In this document: positions 1 through 12,300 of the stretch, piece by piece | How positions within the stretch are numbered: position 1 is the first letter of the stretch | Layout of the letters: each line of letters opens with the position of its first letter | Assembly: GCA_030141605.1 (NCBI GenBank) | Contig: JAQGDQ010001471.1 | Coordinates: forward strand, 1-39,238 | Length of the DNA: 39,238 bases | Direction of reading: 5' to 3' | DNA from: Tubiluchus corallicola | Lineage: Eukaryota; Animalia; Priapulida | Program-made: the position numbers and the translations under genes | Notes under the pieces: model-generated | Told to the model about the DNA's origin: nothing | The model's database searches: none | The model's input: the letters and a program-made list of their open reading frames with translations, nothing else

Positions 1-172
1 AAAGCACACCACCACCACACCACATCAAATCCACCACCTCACGTGGTGATCATGATGATGATGGTGGCAATGATGACGACACCTATAGCACAAGCACCAA
101 CAACACAGCATTACAACAAAACCATTCCAAACATTTTTCACAAAGTTGAAACTATGTGCTATAATATAATAA

Positions 173-975
173 ATAGCAAAGGCCCCGCAAAAGATTTTGC
201 GTAAAAAACCAAGCGTAATCAATAATACGCGAACATCCTACCTAGTCCTCATTTATAACACAAAGCCCTTAACATCGTGCCTACTGTTTGTTTAACTAAC
301 GCAAAGCCTGTAGCTTTTACTGAATTAAAGCTATAAGCTTATAGACAAAGTACAATGGATGACGTCACAACAATGCCTTTGCGTCAGCAGTTTTCTAAGC
401 GAAAATTGCCGAAAATGGAACCTCTAATTAACTCGTCGGTACTTCTCTCGGTGGACCTGCCCTAACATATAGCCTACATCATCGTGTAGCCCTGTCCTTC
501 CTCTTTCTAAAGAGCCGTATATCTCCTTCCGAGAGTCCCACCGGGCGCCGCTAGAACGTTTTTCCCGCAGGCTGTTTGGTCAAAATTTCGAAAAAATCGC
601 GAGTTGGGTCCGGGAAAACGCCCGTTGCGGGGCGCCGTGGCCCTCTCGCGAATTCTAAATAGGCCTATGACACCCACCGCTGAACGGGCTATCTATCCAT
701 ACCCAGCACCACCCTCGGCCCATTCCCGTTCTCTACATCTCAGCCGTATAACTTTTGCAAAAAACGGCCGAAAAATGGCCATTTTTGGAGGTTTTTCGCC
801 CCCCGTTCCTCCCGGTGGGCCCGATTCGAAAAATAAACCATCAATGGCACGACACTAGATCGAGACCTTTCGTTTGATGTATAGATCGCCGCAAATGGTG
901 CCCTCGTCCGGGCTGTAGCCTCGAATCTTATATATAAATAAATATATATACCAAGAATATTAATATAAGAGTATA

Positions 976-977
<2 letters not shown>
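173..977 (-). mobile_element. Full-length non-autonomous Helitron (~805 bp)
   Basis: Minus strand begins A|TCTATACTCTTATATTAATATTCTTGG and ends with hairpin CGCAAAA-TC-TTTTGCG, GGGCCTTTG, CTAT|T (CTAG in sister copies at 25090 and 25926). Lies between host A and T with no evident TSD; multicopy in the window. Confidence 0.8.

Positions 978-979
<2 letters not shown>

Positions 980-1012
<33 letters not shown>
980..1012. repeat. (AT)n microsatellite; others at ~3435..3460 and ~25038..25066
   Basis: Direct reading. Confidence 0.95.
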
Positions 1013-1015
<3 letters not shown>

Positions 1016-1074
1016 GACGACAGCACCATTTTCAACGATCTGTATGTCAAACAAAATGCATTTTCCCTTCCCAA

Positions 1075-1401
1075 CTCCAAGTTTTTTATATTTTGGCCAA
1101 ACAGCCTGTAGAAAAAACTTAGCGGCGTCTGATGGGACTCTCGGAAAGTCTCTGGAAAGAGGATGTACGGGGCTACACGACTGCACCAAAAAGAGTGGTG
1201 ATGAGTGATTAGAGGTGCCATTTTGGCGATTCTCGCTTAGAAAAGTATAATGACAACATCTTATAGCCTCATAACTGTAATTCAGAAAAAATGCTGCTGC
1301 TGGCTTTGCGTTAGGCAAATAAACGAACACCATGTAGGATGTTCGTGCATTATTGATTACAAGTTGGTATATATTCAAATATTTTTGTGGGCCTATGCTA
1401 A
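1075..1401 (+). mobile_element. Diverged 3' part of a related Helitron, opposite orientation
   Basis: Reverse-complement similarity to ~175..600 (aaacagcctg, tagcggcg, gggactctcggaa, taggatgttcg, attattgattac); ends gggcctatgCTAA|T (CTRR); 5' boundary approximate. Confidence 0.65.
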
Positions 1402-1420
1402 TTATTATTATTATTATTAA

Positions 1421-1451
<31 letters not shown>

Positions 1452-1458
1452 TATTATT
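1401..1458 (+). repeat. (ATT)n microsatellite
   Basis: Direct reading. Confidence 0.95.
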
Positions 1459-1535
1459 TGAAATGTAAAATTACACGTACGTATACAATATTTACATCTG
1501 TACAATGTGGAGACCCTGCTTTTACCCAGATAATG

Positions 1536-1876
<341 letters not shown>

Positions 1877-2704
1877 TAATAGCATTTAACAAAGAACAAC
1901 AATTATATTTTTTTTCCCTGTAGTGTTTATTTTCTAAATAATTAAAACCACAAGTTTACATGCATGCTAAAACTTGCAACCGTGGCGAAATTACGTTATG
2001 CGAATCAAACTGCCCTGCCTGCAACATGATTGTAATGTAATAAATGTGGCATTTGAATACATTTGCAATTTGTCAAACAATAATGTTTAAATCGTTCTAT
2101 GTTTGAATTCCTGTGTAATTGCAAGTTGTATTATAGTCTTTCCCAATTTTGGCAGTCGACAAAATCAGATTGTGTAAATGTCATATCCGGTGTCCGCTGA
2201 TACCAGTCTTACTGTACTCAACAACATCCAACAGCATCCGATTTTGTTGACCAACAAAATCAGATGAAAACTAGATTATCTAAACCAAACATTAGATGTT
2301 GGCCAAGCAGCACCATCTACGAGCAGGGCGTGCAAATCAAGCTCCAGACTTTCTTTGGAAATAACACCTTCGGACTCAGTTTTCTCTTATATAAACCAAA
2401 AGTAAAAATTAAAAGCATCTGATAAACTTAGAGCATTTTCTTTTTGTTTTTGTGTAACACTGAAACTTCATAATCTATGCTGTATTTGACCTTTGTCATG
2501 TCAGGTTACCATGTTCGGTCTATTAAGATGCCTAATAAAGATTTTTCTTTCTCTGAGGGACAGTGGATAGTCACCCCGGTGACTTGCTGACTAATTAATT
2601 ATTTATATATATTAACCCATTTTATTGTATTATCAGTTTTAATTCTATTGTATAATTTGTATTTATTTGTGAGAGCATATATGTGACAATAAGCGAATAA
2701 AGAT

Positions 2705-5050
2705 AGTACATATATGCTTTTTGATAGTCAATGAAAATCCAAGTACAAGAGTTTATTTTTAAACTGGGTAATATCATTTAAGAGTCCTATATTAAGTATT
2801 TGCTGTAAACAATCTCGTCCTGTTTGAGCTCCAGCCTGCTCTATTCTAGGTTTATCCCAAAGTTTGAAACGAGCGTTTAAAAATCTTATCATGCAGTTTA
2901 GCGATTGCAGAGTGGAAGCTGATTCCTCAATAATTTGCTGTTTCAAAATGGCATCCTTTTTTGAATCATAAACATTTTTGGTAATGACTATGGCTGTGTC
3001 TATTCAGAACTAAAGATAATATTGAAAACAACACTCACTAATGGTATCTATGAGTCAGGTAGCATTTTACATAACCCTGGTGGTGCAGGGTTATGTTTAT
3101 TTGACTTTAATTGGATTAGTTGTTCGTCCACTTCCAAAGGCGAAACAAGGTCATCTAGTATTGGAACATAGACACGTGATTCAGGAATAACTAGATTGTT
3201 GCAATTGTGTGAATTGAAGAACAGGTCAAAGTATTTGCAAAACTCACTGTTTGAAGGACACTTATCATTTAAATTGAAATCAGAGAAATTACCTGACCAA
3301 TCAAATGACCGCTAAATTTGTTTGGGATCATTCTAAGTTAACAACTTCGCCCAATGAAAATGACTGTGTCCAGAAACACCTTCTCTGATATTCTGAGCCT
3401 GCCTGGATTGCTTCTTAACAGCTGCAGCTGCTCTATATATATATATATATATATATATATCGTCTGTAACAATGGAACTATTCTTATTTAGCAATTTTGA
3501 TCATGCGCAGACATACTATTTTTTATAGATGGGTTTCTTTAGTAGCTTGTGTTAGCTTCAGAAATACTGTAATTCATTAAAAGGTGCTTTTTCTAATATA
3601 AACTCACTTGGAACACCAGGGACCATTAATATCAAGGTCAACACGGCATGGTTAGAAGAGTGTTTATGTGTAGAATATTTACAGCGTAAATAAGCGTTAC
3701 AGTAGAAAAGGCCATTTGTTGTGTGTTACCAATTTGTAACATACAACGATTCTTCAGTGCATACATAAAACCTCCGCTACATGATACATGATACATGACT
3801 TGTTTTTACATTATTTACAGGTACTAAATTAAAATTGTTATACAATTTTTTTAATTCGTTACCATGCCTGCTCCTTGTAGTATCAGAATTTGGTGTGTAG
3901 GTGCATCCTGGTGCTTCAAAATTAGAAAAGTCAGTAATTCTGACATTAAAGTATCCAAGTGTTATTACTTGTTCATCAGTCACACACTTTTCTTGTAAAG
4001 AAGCAAATAAAGTAAGTTCAAAGAAAGGTAAATTGTTTCAGTTTCATAGATACACACGAACTTGTGCTCTATAAAAGAATTCATACATAATTTTGATTCC
4101 AACTTTGATATGTTGCCATTTATTTTAACAGACAAAATTTTCATACGTCTTACTCCACTATTCAAAAAACTGAACTTGAAATCTGTCGATTACTTGATCG
4201 TCTAAAAGAAGACATCTCTCCTTATTATAATACTGCACTATACGACCCTGGTTTTCAGGCTCCAATTTTTCTTCTTTTTCTACTTTTCTGAATTGATTGA
4301 GTTCATTTGAGAACTAACGGGTGAACTAAATAACCGATCTTTTTCCAATTTTTCCAAAATTCTAGCTCCATCGTCCTTGTTTTTCAATACGACCTTGAGA
4401 GGGCGACTTTTTGTAGAACTGCTTGCGGATTTTTCTAGACGTGTACAGTCTTAACTAAGGAAACGTTCACCATTTACTGAAAAAATAGCATGGCATTTAT
4501 CTTCGTCGTTTGCTTTCTCACTGTGTGTCCCCTCATCAAAAGTTTCCTGTTGTGCCCCAAAATATGATTAAATTATGGGCTCAAGCATTGGCTTCTATGG
4601 ATTCTAGATACCGCTGATGATACAACAAACAGTTTTTCAGACTAATGATGTCTTGTTCCAAACTGGTGAATTTTCCTTTCTGTTTCTTCCTTAACAGGTG
4701 TAATTTGCTACCTCACATCTACATTTCTGTCTTCTTTCAAACTTATTTTTCAAATGCGTTATAGCATCAAAAAGTTCCAATGTGCAGTTTATATTCAGCT
4801 GTAGAAAGGTATTAACAGCTGAAGTAATGTCCGCTTTATGCAATTTGGATATTTCTGATGTGGATAATTTCTTTTTGTTCTGTTTTTTGTTTCAAGTAAA
4901 GTGGCATAAAGCTTCCAATTTCCACCGCTATACAGTGTTCTATAAAGTACTGAATTTAACTTATATATTACGTACAGCGCATTGCATTTGTCGAAACACT
5001 TCTGACCGGTTGGCAGCCAAGTCTACAAAACAACCTGCATGGACCCGGTT
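2705..5050 (-). mobile_element. Decayed non-LTR retrotransposon (CR1/L2-group-like): ORF1, APE endonuclease and N-terminal part of RT
   Basis: Minus-strand motifs in the expected order: HNLIIF (~4570), CTRLEK...KSRPLKVVL (~4400), MKILSVKING...IYET, ITLGYFNVRI (GDFN-like), RHGNELKKL, SNHAVL (SDH-like, ~3650), DPKQI*RSFDW, KKG...NY*GIS, EQAGAQTGRDCLQQI, IDYQKAY; many stops and frameshifts; 5' boundary approximate. Confidence 0.8.
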
Positions 5051-6684
5051 GTAGCTGTGACACCTCTGCCAGTTCTGTATTTTATCTCCAAGGATTATCT
5101 TGATAATAAACTAAGGTTTGGTCCTCGCATACAACAACCTTAGTAGAGACCGTGACATTAAGTGCTGCCTAGTGGCTTGCAGTAAATATTTTCAAAACAT
5201 TCTCATAATTTTTTGGTCAGATTTAGGTAGAAAAGGGAGAGGCAAATTTGGAAGAGCGAGAGAGGTGGGGGCGAAAGCGGGAGAGAGAAAGAGAGAGATG
5301 AGGGAGGTAAAGGCAAAAAGAGAAATTGGCTTTATCTGACTAAAATTGTTGAGCTTGCAATTAAAGGTTGATACATTTACAAGAAAATAAGCACCTGTTT
5401 AAATTGTTACCATTTTGTTTGACATTTTCTAATACAATATGTGATTTGGTGTAATTTTGTGATTCAGCTGAAAACTTCTAGTGCGCTTATCGTTTCCACC
5501 AGAGATACCAGCTAGTGACATCACATGAAAGCAAAACAGTTTCTTTATGCCTGTACAGAACTTTTTGTTAATTTTTAAAGATGGCATACTAGCTAGGTCT
5601 GTACTTTTTTGATATACTATAATAGATATACTTTTTTTAAAAATAGTTACTAGATATTGGCCTTAAGAATTGGCTTTAGGAATTAGCCTTATAGTATGGT
5701 CCTGGCTTTAGGGAACTTTCAGTGTGAGCAGAAACTGTGACTGTCAAAATATTTGATTAATAGGTTTACAGTCTAATAGGATTAGAAAGAAAAATTTACC
5801 TTTTAGACATCACACACTAATTCTTGAGCAAATATGCAAGTCAGGTGCCATTTGATTCAGTTTAACTCAGCATTCAAGACTATTCATCAATGACAAAGTT
5901 TGATGAAACTTATTTTGAGCAAAATACCAACCTACTCTAGCTTTGGCCTGTCAAGACAAGGTATAATATCATGTAATTGTGAATCAATAATTTGTTACTG
6001 CAACTTTTTAGTTTTTCTGATTCAAGATGAGCCTACTACAGATTCTGGGTTGCTTAAATGTACATAATACTTTGTACTAAAAAAGTGAGCAAAAGCAAAC
6101 AATGTGGGCTAGACTCTTTCGCTGCAACAGGCAATGTGAAGGGTAGTTTGTATTTCATAATAATATTAAAAAAACAGAGATATTGACAAATTGTTTGACT
6201 GAACCAGAATATTCCTTCGTTTATTTTGCGAGCTTTTGGTACTCCAGGAGATCACATAACAAGTACCAGGGGAAGAAAGATTGCTAATTAAGTTGAGGTA
6301 AGTAGGACCTAATTGATGAGATTAATTTTGAGCCTGTACATAGCTAAACGAAAAAATTTCTTCTTAGTGTATATTAAACAAAATATTTCATTTTCGGTGA
6401 AAATGGTAACTGTCAGCATTCATTGTACTAAGACTTGTTCAAAGCCATCAAGTACACTCATAAAATTTACTGTTTCTGTATTCATTAGCACCTTATTACA
6501 GTAGACTGAAATCATACACTCCTGCAAACAAAGATTATAGGATAATTAAGATTATAGTAAAAGCCTTGTTGTTCAAAAAAATTGTTTCAAATTCACCTGT
6601 TCTAGATAATTCGTCTAATATAATTATACTGAAGTTGCCAAACATTTATATTAATTGCAAATTTTATTCATGTACATTAATTTT

Positions 6685-7098
6685 AAGCATTTTTGCTCTT
6701 TACAGAATTACAGATTTGCTTAACAAATGTTCCAATCTGTAAATTACAATAATCTACACATGTTTGAAGGTAGTTTTAGTAACATTTCATGTTTAAAAAT
6801 GGTTTTTAATATTGATGATAGCAGTCTGTCATGAATAAATGTTCTCTTACTGTAAAAAGTGTCCAGTGAAAGCCACAAGTACTCTTATTATCGAGGTAGG
6901 AAAAACTCCTTATAGCGAACGAAATTAATGGCCAAATGCATTTCGCAATTAGGTGCATTATGAACTGCTTAAAATGGGCTGGCGATGGACCTAATGCATA
7001 TTGTGATTACAGGGCCCAAAGGTTAGCATGCATTCCTTTTCATGGTGTTTTTTTTCCTCATGGCTTATGCTGTATGCCCTGTATCCAGTTTTGTGTGA
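6685..7098 (+). repeat. Diverged paralogue of ~23277..23693 (intronic DNA upstream of each WAP-A exon)
   Basis: aagcatttttgctctttacaga...aaaatgggctggcgatggacctaatgcat...tggcttatgctgta shared and co-linear. Confidence 0.85.
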
Positions 7099-7559
7099 TA
7101 TGTATTTTGATATTCACTGGCTACGTGACTAATGATATTCAGTCCGATATGCAAGTGTTTACAGCTGATAAATACCTAAAACATGTAATCGAATGTGTTT
7201 GTGTGACAATGATCTTCTGTGTGCCATGTTTTCCCAAGAATCTCAATTTTGCCCCTCTTATTCCAGAATATCTCTAATTACTTGGTTAAATCATGGTATT
7301 TGATTTGCCTCAGTAGCTAGAGTGGTAACCAATAACGGTTTACAGCAAGGTCTAAATTTTATTACTCATAGGGCTTGCATTTCATCTTTGTGCAGATAAA
7401 CAGAATTAGTTATTTTTGCTCCTGAAACTGTTCCACCATTTCACCCAATCTGTTTCTTGAACAGAGAGAAATCGGTAATCATATTCAGCATAAACATTTG
7501 GGCTTAATTTTAAACAGTAATTTAACTTAGCTAGCAGCATTTAAACATTTAGACCCCTT

Positions 7560-7870
7560 GTATAAAATCATATATCTTCTTGACTGATGCTTTTTAGACG
7601 GCTATAAAGGTCACAAATTAGGCCATCTCTTGAATACTGTGATTGCATTTAGAATAACTGTTCAGTATTAGCGCCATGCTTAGTAGTGACTGGTACTGTT
7701 TTGGTTTTAGCGTGAGAGATATTGTTGAGAGATCTTTCTTGGGAAAGCAAGGCACACAGAAGACACATTCATAAAATGTCTTTATCTTATAATATTATTA
7801 AAGAGCTCCATCTTACCATAGTTCTATGCTTACACAACATGTTTAGAACTGATATTAATCTACTTAGCAG
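7560..7870 (+). mobile_element. LINE ORF2 C-terminal fragment
   Basis: Q-IRPSLEYCDCI* and LLRDLSWES...RRHIHKMSLSYNII resemble the RP-x-LEY-x4-W and L-x-W-x-S-x3-RR post-RT motifs of CR1/L2-type elements. Confidence 0.6.
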
Positions 7871-8497
7871 TGCAATTGTTTTTAATTCTGTTTCAATCCA
7901 TTTTCTTTGTAAAAGAAGCTTTCTATTGATGCTATAGTCCATTCCTGAAATCTTATTATTTTACTGGTTTGCATTGGCCTTCTGCATTAACTTATCAACT
8001 AAGATTGAGTGGGTACTAATGCTTTAAACTAGTCTTTGTACTACAAACTCAGCTTGTTTATGTTGTGTCAAGTGTTTGTTCTGTTTGTGACAAGTGTCGT
8101 TTTAAAAATAAAGATATTTATTATTTATTAGCATGTTCATTTTACAATGATAAAAAATTAACCAACTTTTGCCATTGTTAAAAATTGAAACAATAAGTGT
8201 GTTGTTTAATTTGTTTGTTATGTAGATTTCCACTAGTTAGCTGGGTGCTAACTGCTATACTTTTGTCGTAGATTCAGGAGAATTGTAAAAAAAACAAATA
8301 TGTTGATAAAAAATCATACTAACAGTTGCAGCTTTACCTGCGTTTGCTGTCTGTCCAAAACAGCAAAATATTGCCCAAATTTCAGAATCAAATGAAACAC
8401 TTTAACTTTCCTGAAAAAACTTAGTTTAAAAATGTATATTATGTTTGACCATTAATAGACCAAAATGTGTTAAAATTAAATTGTAACTTCTAATTTC

Positions 8498-9310
8498 GAT
8501 GTAATGTCACAATGAACCTTTTCTTTTGCTTAACTTTTTTTATTTATTTAACAATTTTCTAATTATTAAATTGAATGGTATCAGCTTTGGTTTAGTTTGT
8601 CAAAATTTTTATGTTTTTTTTAGGCATATCACACATTCGGAGGGGTGACTGTCGTGATTCTGATTATTTTGATGATCTTACTTGTCCAACTAAACAATGC
8701 GCATCCCATGATGAGTGTTCAGATTTGGAAAAATGTTGCGAGTTTAAAAAATGTGGTGCAGTATGTTTTAAGGTTGCAAAAGGTATTCACATATTTCATT
8801 TTTTATCTTCTGATTTTTTCAGTCTTAGTTATTACGTATGGCAATGTGTGAACTAGTTGATGTGATGATTATTAACTATGACCCTCAACTTTGGCTCAGG
8901 TCTTCATTTAGAGTTTTCTGTACTTGCGTGCAAAAAGGTACAACCACAGATAAAGAACATGTGGTGCACGTGACATATGCAGTGTTAGTAACTCCAAAAA
9001 CTGGAATCACGAAAGTTGAGACTTATAGAGAACGGTATTGGAACTGTGACATTGTAATGAGAACTGTAATGAGAAAATCATGGCAAATGGATTTGTCGTT
9101 CAAGTACTTTTACAGTATTAGTTTGGAAGCCTATATTTTTTACACACGTTTATACCCAAGTAAAGGTAGACATGCACTTTTTATTTTTTAGAAAGTGAGC
9201 TTGGCCAGATCACATGACACAGGCAAATGTGTTAATACAGGGTTTTATTAATAGTATTGAAAGAAAAGATTAAGATCAGCAAAATGTTTTCAGTTCCTGG
9301 TACAAATACT
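8498..9310 (+). repeat. More diverged paralogous block around WAP-A1, matching ~23777..24575
   Basis: Co-linear from gatgtaat(g/a)tcacaatgaacc to ggtacaaatact, with many more substitutions and indels than the downstream duplication; 10118..10539 likewise matches 26610..27039. Confidence 0.9.
8624..8782 (+). CDS. Exon WAP-A1: WAP/four-disulfide-core domain
   Basis: tttttttag|GC ... AAAG|gtattc; ISHIRRGDCRDSDYFDDLTCPTKQCASHDECSDLEKCCEFKKCGAVCFKVAK; 8 Cys with the WAP-type C-x5-C-x5-CC-x4-CG-x2-C core. Confidence 0.9.
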
Positions 9311-12300
9311 ATACAAATTATACAGATGCAGGGTACCGTATGGCTCATACCTGTTGCAGAATATTAAATTTATGTTATAAACAGCTATTAATTTTCATTA
9401 AAAATTTACGAATTATCACTATTTAGCCGTATGAACTGTAAACAATTTCTATTGTGCAATTTTAACCACTTTTTATGTACTCCACATATCTCTGTAAACC
9501 CCTGATGGTTGATCTCATTATTCATAATTATTTTTTATTTTGCATAAACATTGTTTTTTGTACTTAAATTTGAACAATGAATACGACTTTGTGTAGTATT
9601 GTGTAGCATAACCTAACAGGGTGTTCCACCTAGCAAGTTCTGTTTCTGATAGCAAACTTTCGAGTGTGAACTGCTGTGCAAGTTATTGTCATATTAAACA
9701 TATTAATGCTGTGATTGAAAAATATACATTAGTCCATCATTATCAGTTAAGTTACAAAACTCAGGAATACATTGGGTAACAGTAGTTGATAAGAACTTAA
9801 TGTGCAACACTGTGTTTCTCGCTGTAAAACGAAAAGATGGTATTTATCTTCTACTATATGCCACACAAATGATTTTCGCTTTGTATAGGTGGTCATTTAT
9901 ATCGGACAGTCTCTGTTATGAGTGCTGCTTGTTCCAAATTTGGCCAGAGCTTTCCTGTTTCTGCTATTTATAACATTGTCTTATGTCTCCAGCTGGAAGA
10001 TAATGTTTAATGTGATGTCCACATTTCTCTCACCATATGAAACCAAGTCATCACTTTATATAATGTATCAAATAATAATGCATTTCTAAATTTAGAATGA
10101 TTGCGTTTTTATATTGGATTGATGTGAAGTAAATTTACCTTTAATGCATTAATGTTCTTTATTATGGTGCCCACAATCTGGATAATTTTATTTTCTTGGA
10201 CGCTAATTAAGTTTGAGGGTGGGTTTTTTCGGGATGATGTGGTCAGGATGATCTGTTTTGGATGTGGGGAGTAGTCGACTCTCCCAACCCTTTATGATAA
10301 ACATGAGATGATCCGTAAATTGAGATAAGAGAATTATAAGGAAATTTTGAACTTTATCTACTATTTATTACTTATAATTGCATAGAATTGTGGACAAAAA
10401 TTGTTTGGACTATGAACAGGTTCCACCTACACACGTGCGAGCACGTTTACACGCACACACACACACACGCACATGCACACACACACACGCACATGCACAC
10501 ACACACACACACACACACACACTTCTATGCCCACTGCAATAGAGACCTAAAATAAACCTAGTTTTTCAAATATTATAAACTTTTAAATTTCGGAATTTAA
10601 CCAAAGTTTAGTTTCGAGGTTCAGTGATAACTCCACCATCTACTAGATTCATAATCACTGATACATCTTAAGAAATTAAAAAAAATTCAAGCTCGGGTGC
10701 AGTCTACTCTACATGACTGCACAAACTTCAGCATTATACATATTCAATTTTTTCTATTTCTTTCCATCTTAAATATTTTATGCTGATTTACATCATTTAT
10801 GAGTCCTATTCTTTCAGCTTGCCATGTCCATCTGCCATATGACAACAGATTTCCTGGATTTGTAGGACGTTTCATTCCTAGTTGCACCCCTTCCGGTGAT
10901 TACCTGCCACTCCAGAGATGGGCCAGTACAGGATATTCGTGGTGTGTTGACAAGCATGGTTATGAAATTAATGGAACAAAAGTTGGACCTGGTGATATTG
11001 CCGACTGTAGTGAGTACTTGATATAGTCCTGTGTGTCTGTTTTTCAGTCTGCTGTAGACAACATACACAATAAAAATGAGTTTGAGACATAGAGAGTGAG
11101 GGAATGCTTGCATTAGAAATATATTATACAGCCAATGAAGTTTTGGGCAAAAAATGTGCAAATCATGTTTCCTATACAATCATCAGCAATGTAGTAATGA
11201 CTATTAATATTATTATTATTACATTTTATTGATCTCATATAAAATTATCACTAAAACAAAATGAAATGTACAATCAAATACATGCATAGAGGTCAAAAAA
11301 GTGAAAAATGTAGCATATATATAGTTTAGTATTTAGAGTTGCATTCGATCACTACTGTCACTTGACAAGATCCAATTAAAAAGTTTCCACAAAACTACGG
11401 TCATCATATGAGCAATGAATATTAATTCGATTGCTCACTATTAAACAAATTGATGTAAAAGAATCTAACGGAAAAAATTATTAAGATGATCCAAATTAAC
11501 TATTTAAACTAGACTGTTAAATTTGGGTCAAATTGCAATATAGAGAATGGCAAAAGTAAAAATGAAAAGAAACAACCAATGTCATTTTTTATCATATAAT
11601 AAAAACAAAATAATTTCTATTGTTTTCTACGTTTTAAGTATTTGAACAAGTTTTTTGAAAACGAATACAGTAGCTACTAATACATTGTATAACAGCAACA
11701 TCTTCCAGGAATTCTTGGTTAACGAGGTTAATTGCAGTAAACAGGCGGGTCAAAGCAAACCATTAGACTAGCACATTAGAGTATGCTCAAATGTGCCTGT
11801 ACATTTGAATAGAAGCAGCCTGTACCAGTCGTTTTTGAGTCAGTTAACCGTTTGTGTCTATTAAGCAGTGGCGTCGTGCTATAGGGGCCCGGGCCCCCCA
11901 ATTTTTTAGAAAATGGCAAACGGTAAGCAAATTTATTTCCAACTTTTTGACACACAATAGCGGGCCAGCGCTCCATAAATGCGAACAGTATTGGCGTTTC
12001 GGTACAGTTGCCCAATAATATTTTTTATCATTAAAGTTTGTCGCCGAGTTAAATTATTCTGACTGTTAATACGTGCCAGACCAGATGTGTTTACCTGAAA
12101 GTCAGGATGTAGTTAATTTGTTTGCATGTAATCTATTCAGGAGGCAGGCAAGAACAGTTAACAAAGCAGCTCGTTGAGTAACATTAGCGTCTTTGCACAA
12201 AAGACTGTTAGTTAACAAAACGGCTCAGTTAGCACTCGAGCTTCGTTCAGCAGTGTGTTATGATAGTGAACAAGTGGAAATAATAGAGCAAAGACAATGC

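Noticed and set aside
1-172. His/Thr/Met-rich open stretch at the window start
   Set aside because: Low-complexity triplet DNA running into a Helitron end; no splice donor or domain recognised
604-1378. 212-aa and overlapping ORFs, and similar ORFs at 24801..25139 and 26069..26416
   Set aside because: Chance frames across Helitron copies and (AT)n; frames are not preserved between copies
2145-2285. Short repeated/inverted motif (gacaaaatcagat, gattttgttgaccaacaaaatc), possible MITE
   Set aside because: Could not define termini or a TSD by eye
6248-6297. Possible upstream exon bounded by ccag| and a strong GAG|gtaagt donor
   Set aside because: Stops in all three frames; could only be a UTR exon and nothing else supports it
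8611-8856. ATG-initiated single-exon WAP or TY mini-genes as drawn in the ORF track (also 10799, 21009, 23889, 27680, 37887)
   Set aside because: Starts fall in the acceptor region or use TTG inside the exon, there is no signal peptide, and domain similarity ends exactly at GT donors
8838-9191. 117-aa ORF with a 112-aa counterpart at 24118..24456
   Set aside because: Similarity is explained by recent duplication of intron DNA; no recognisable domain; the equivalent WAP-B flank shows only short degraded similarity
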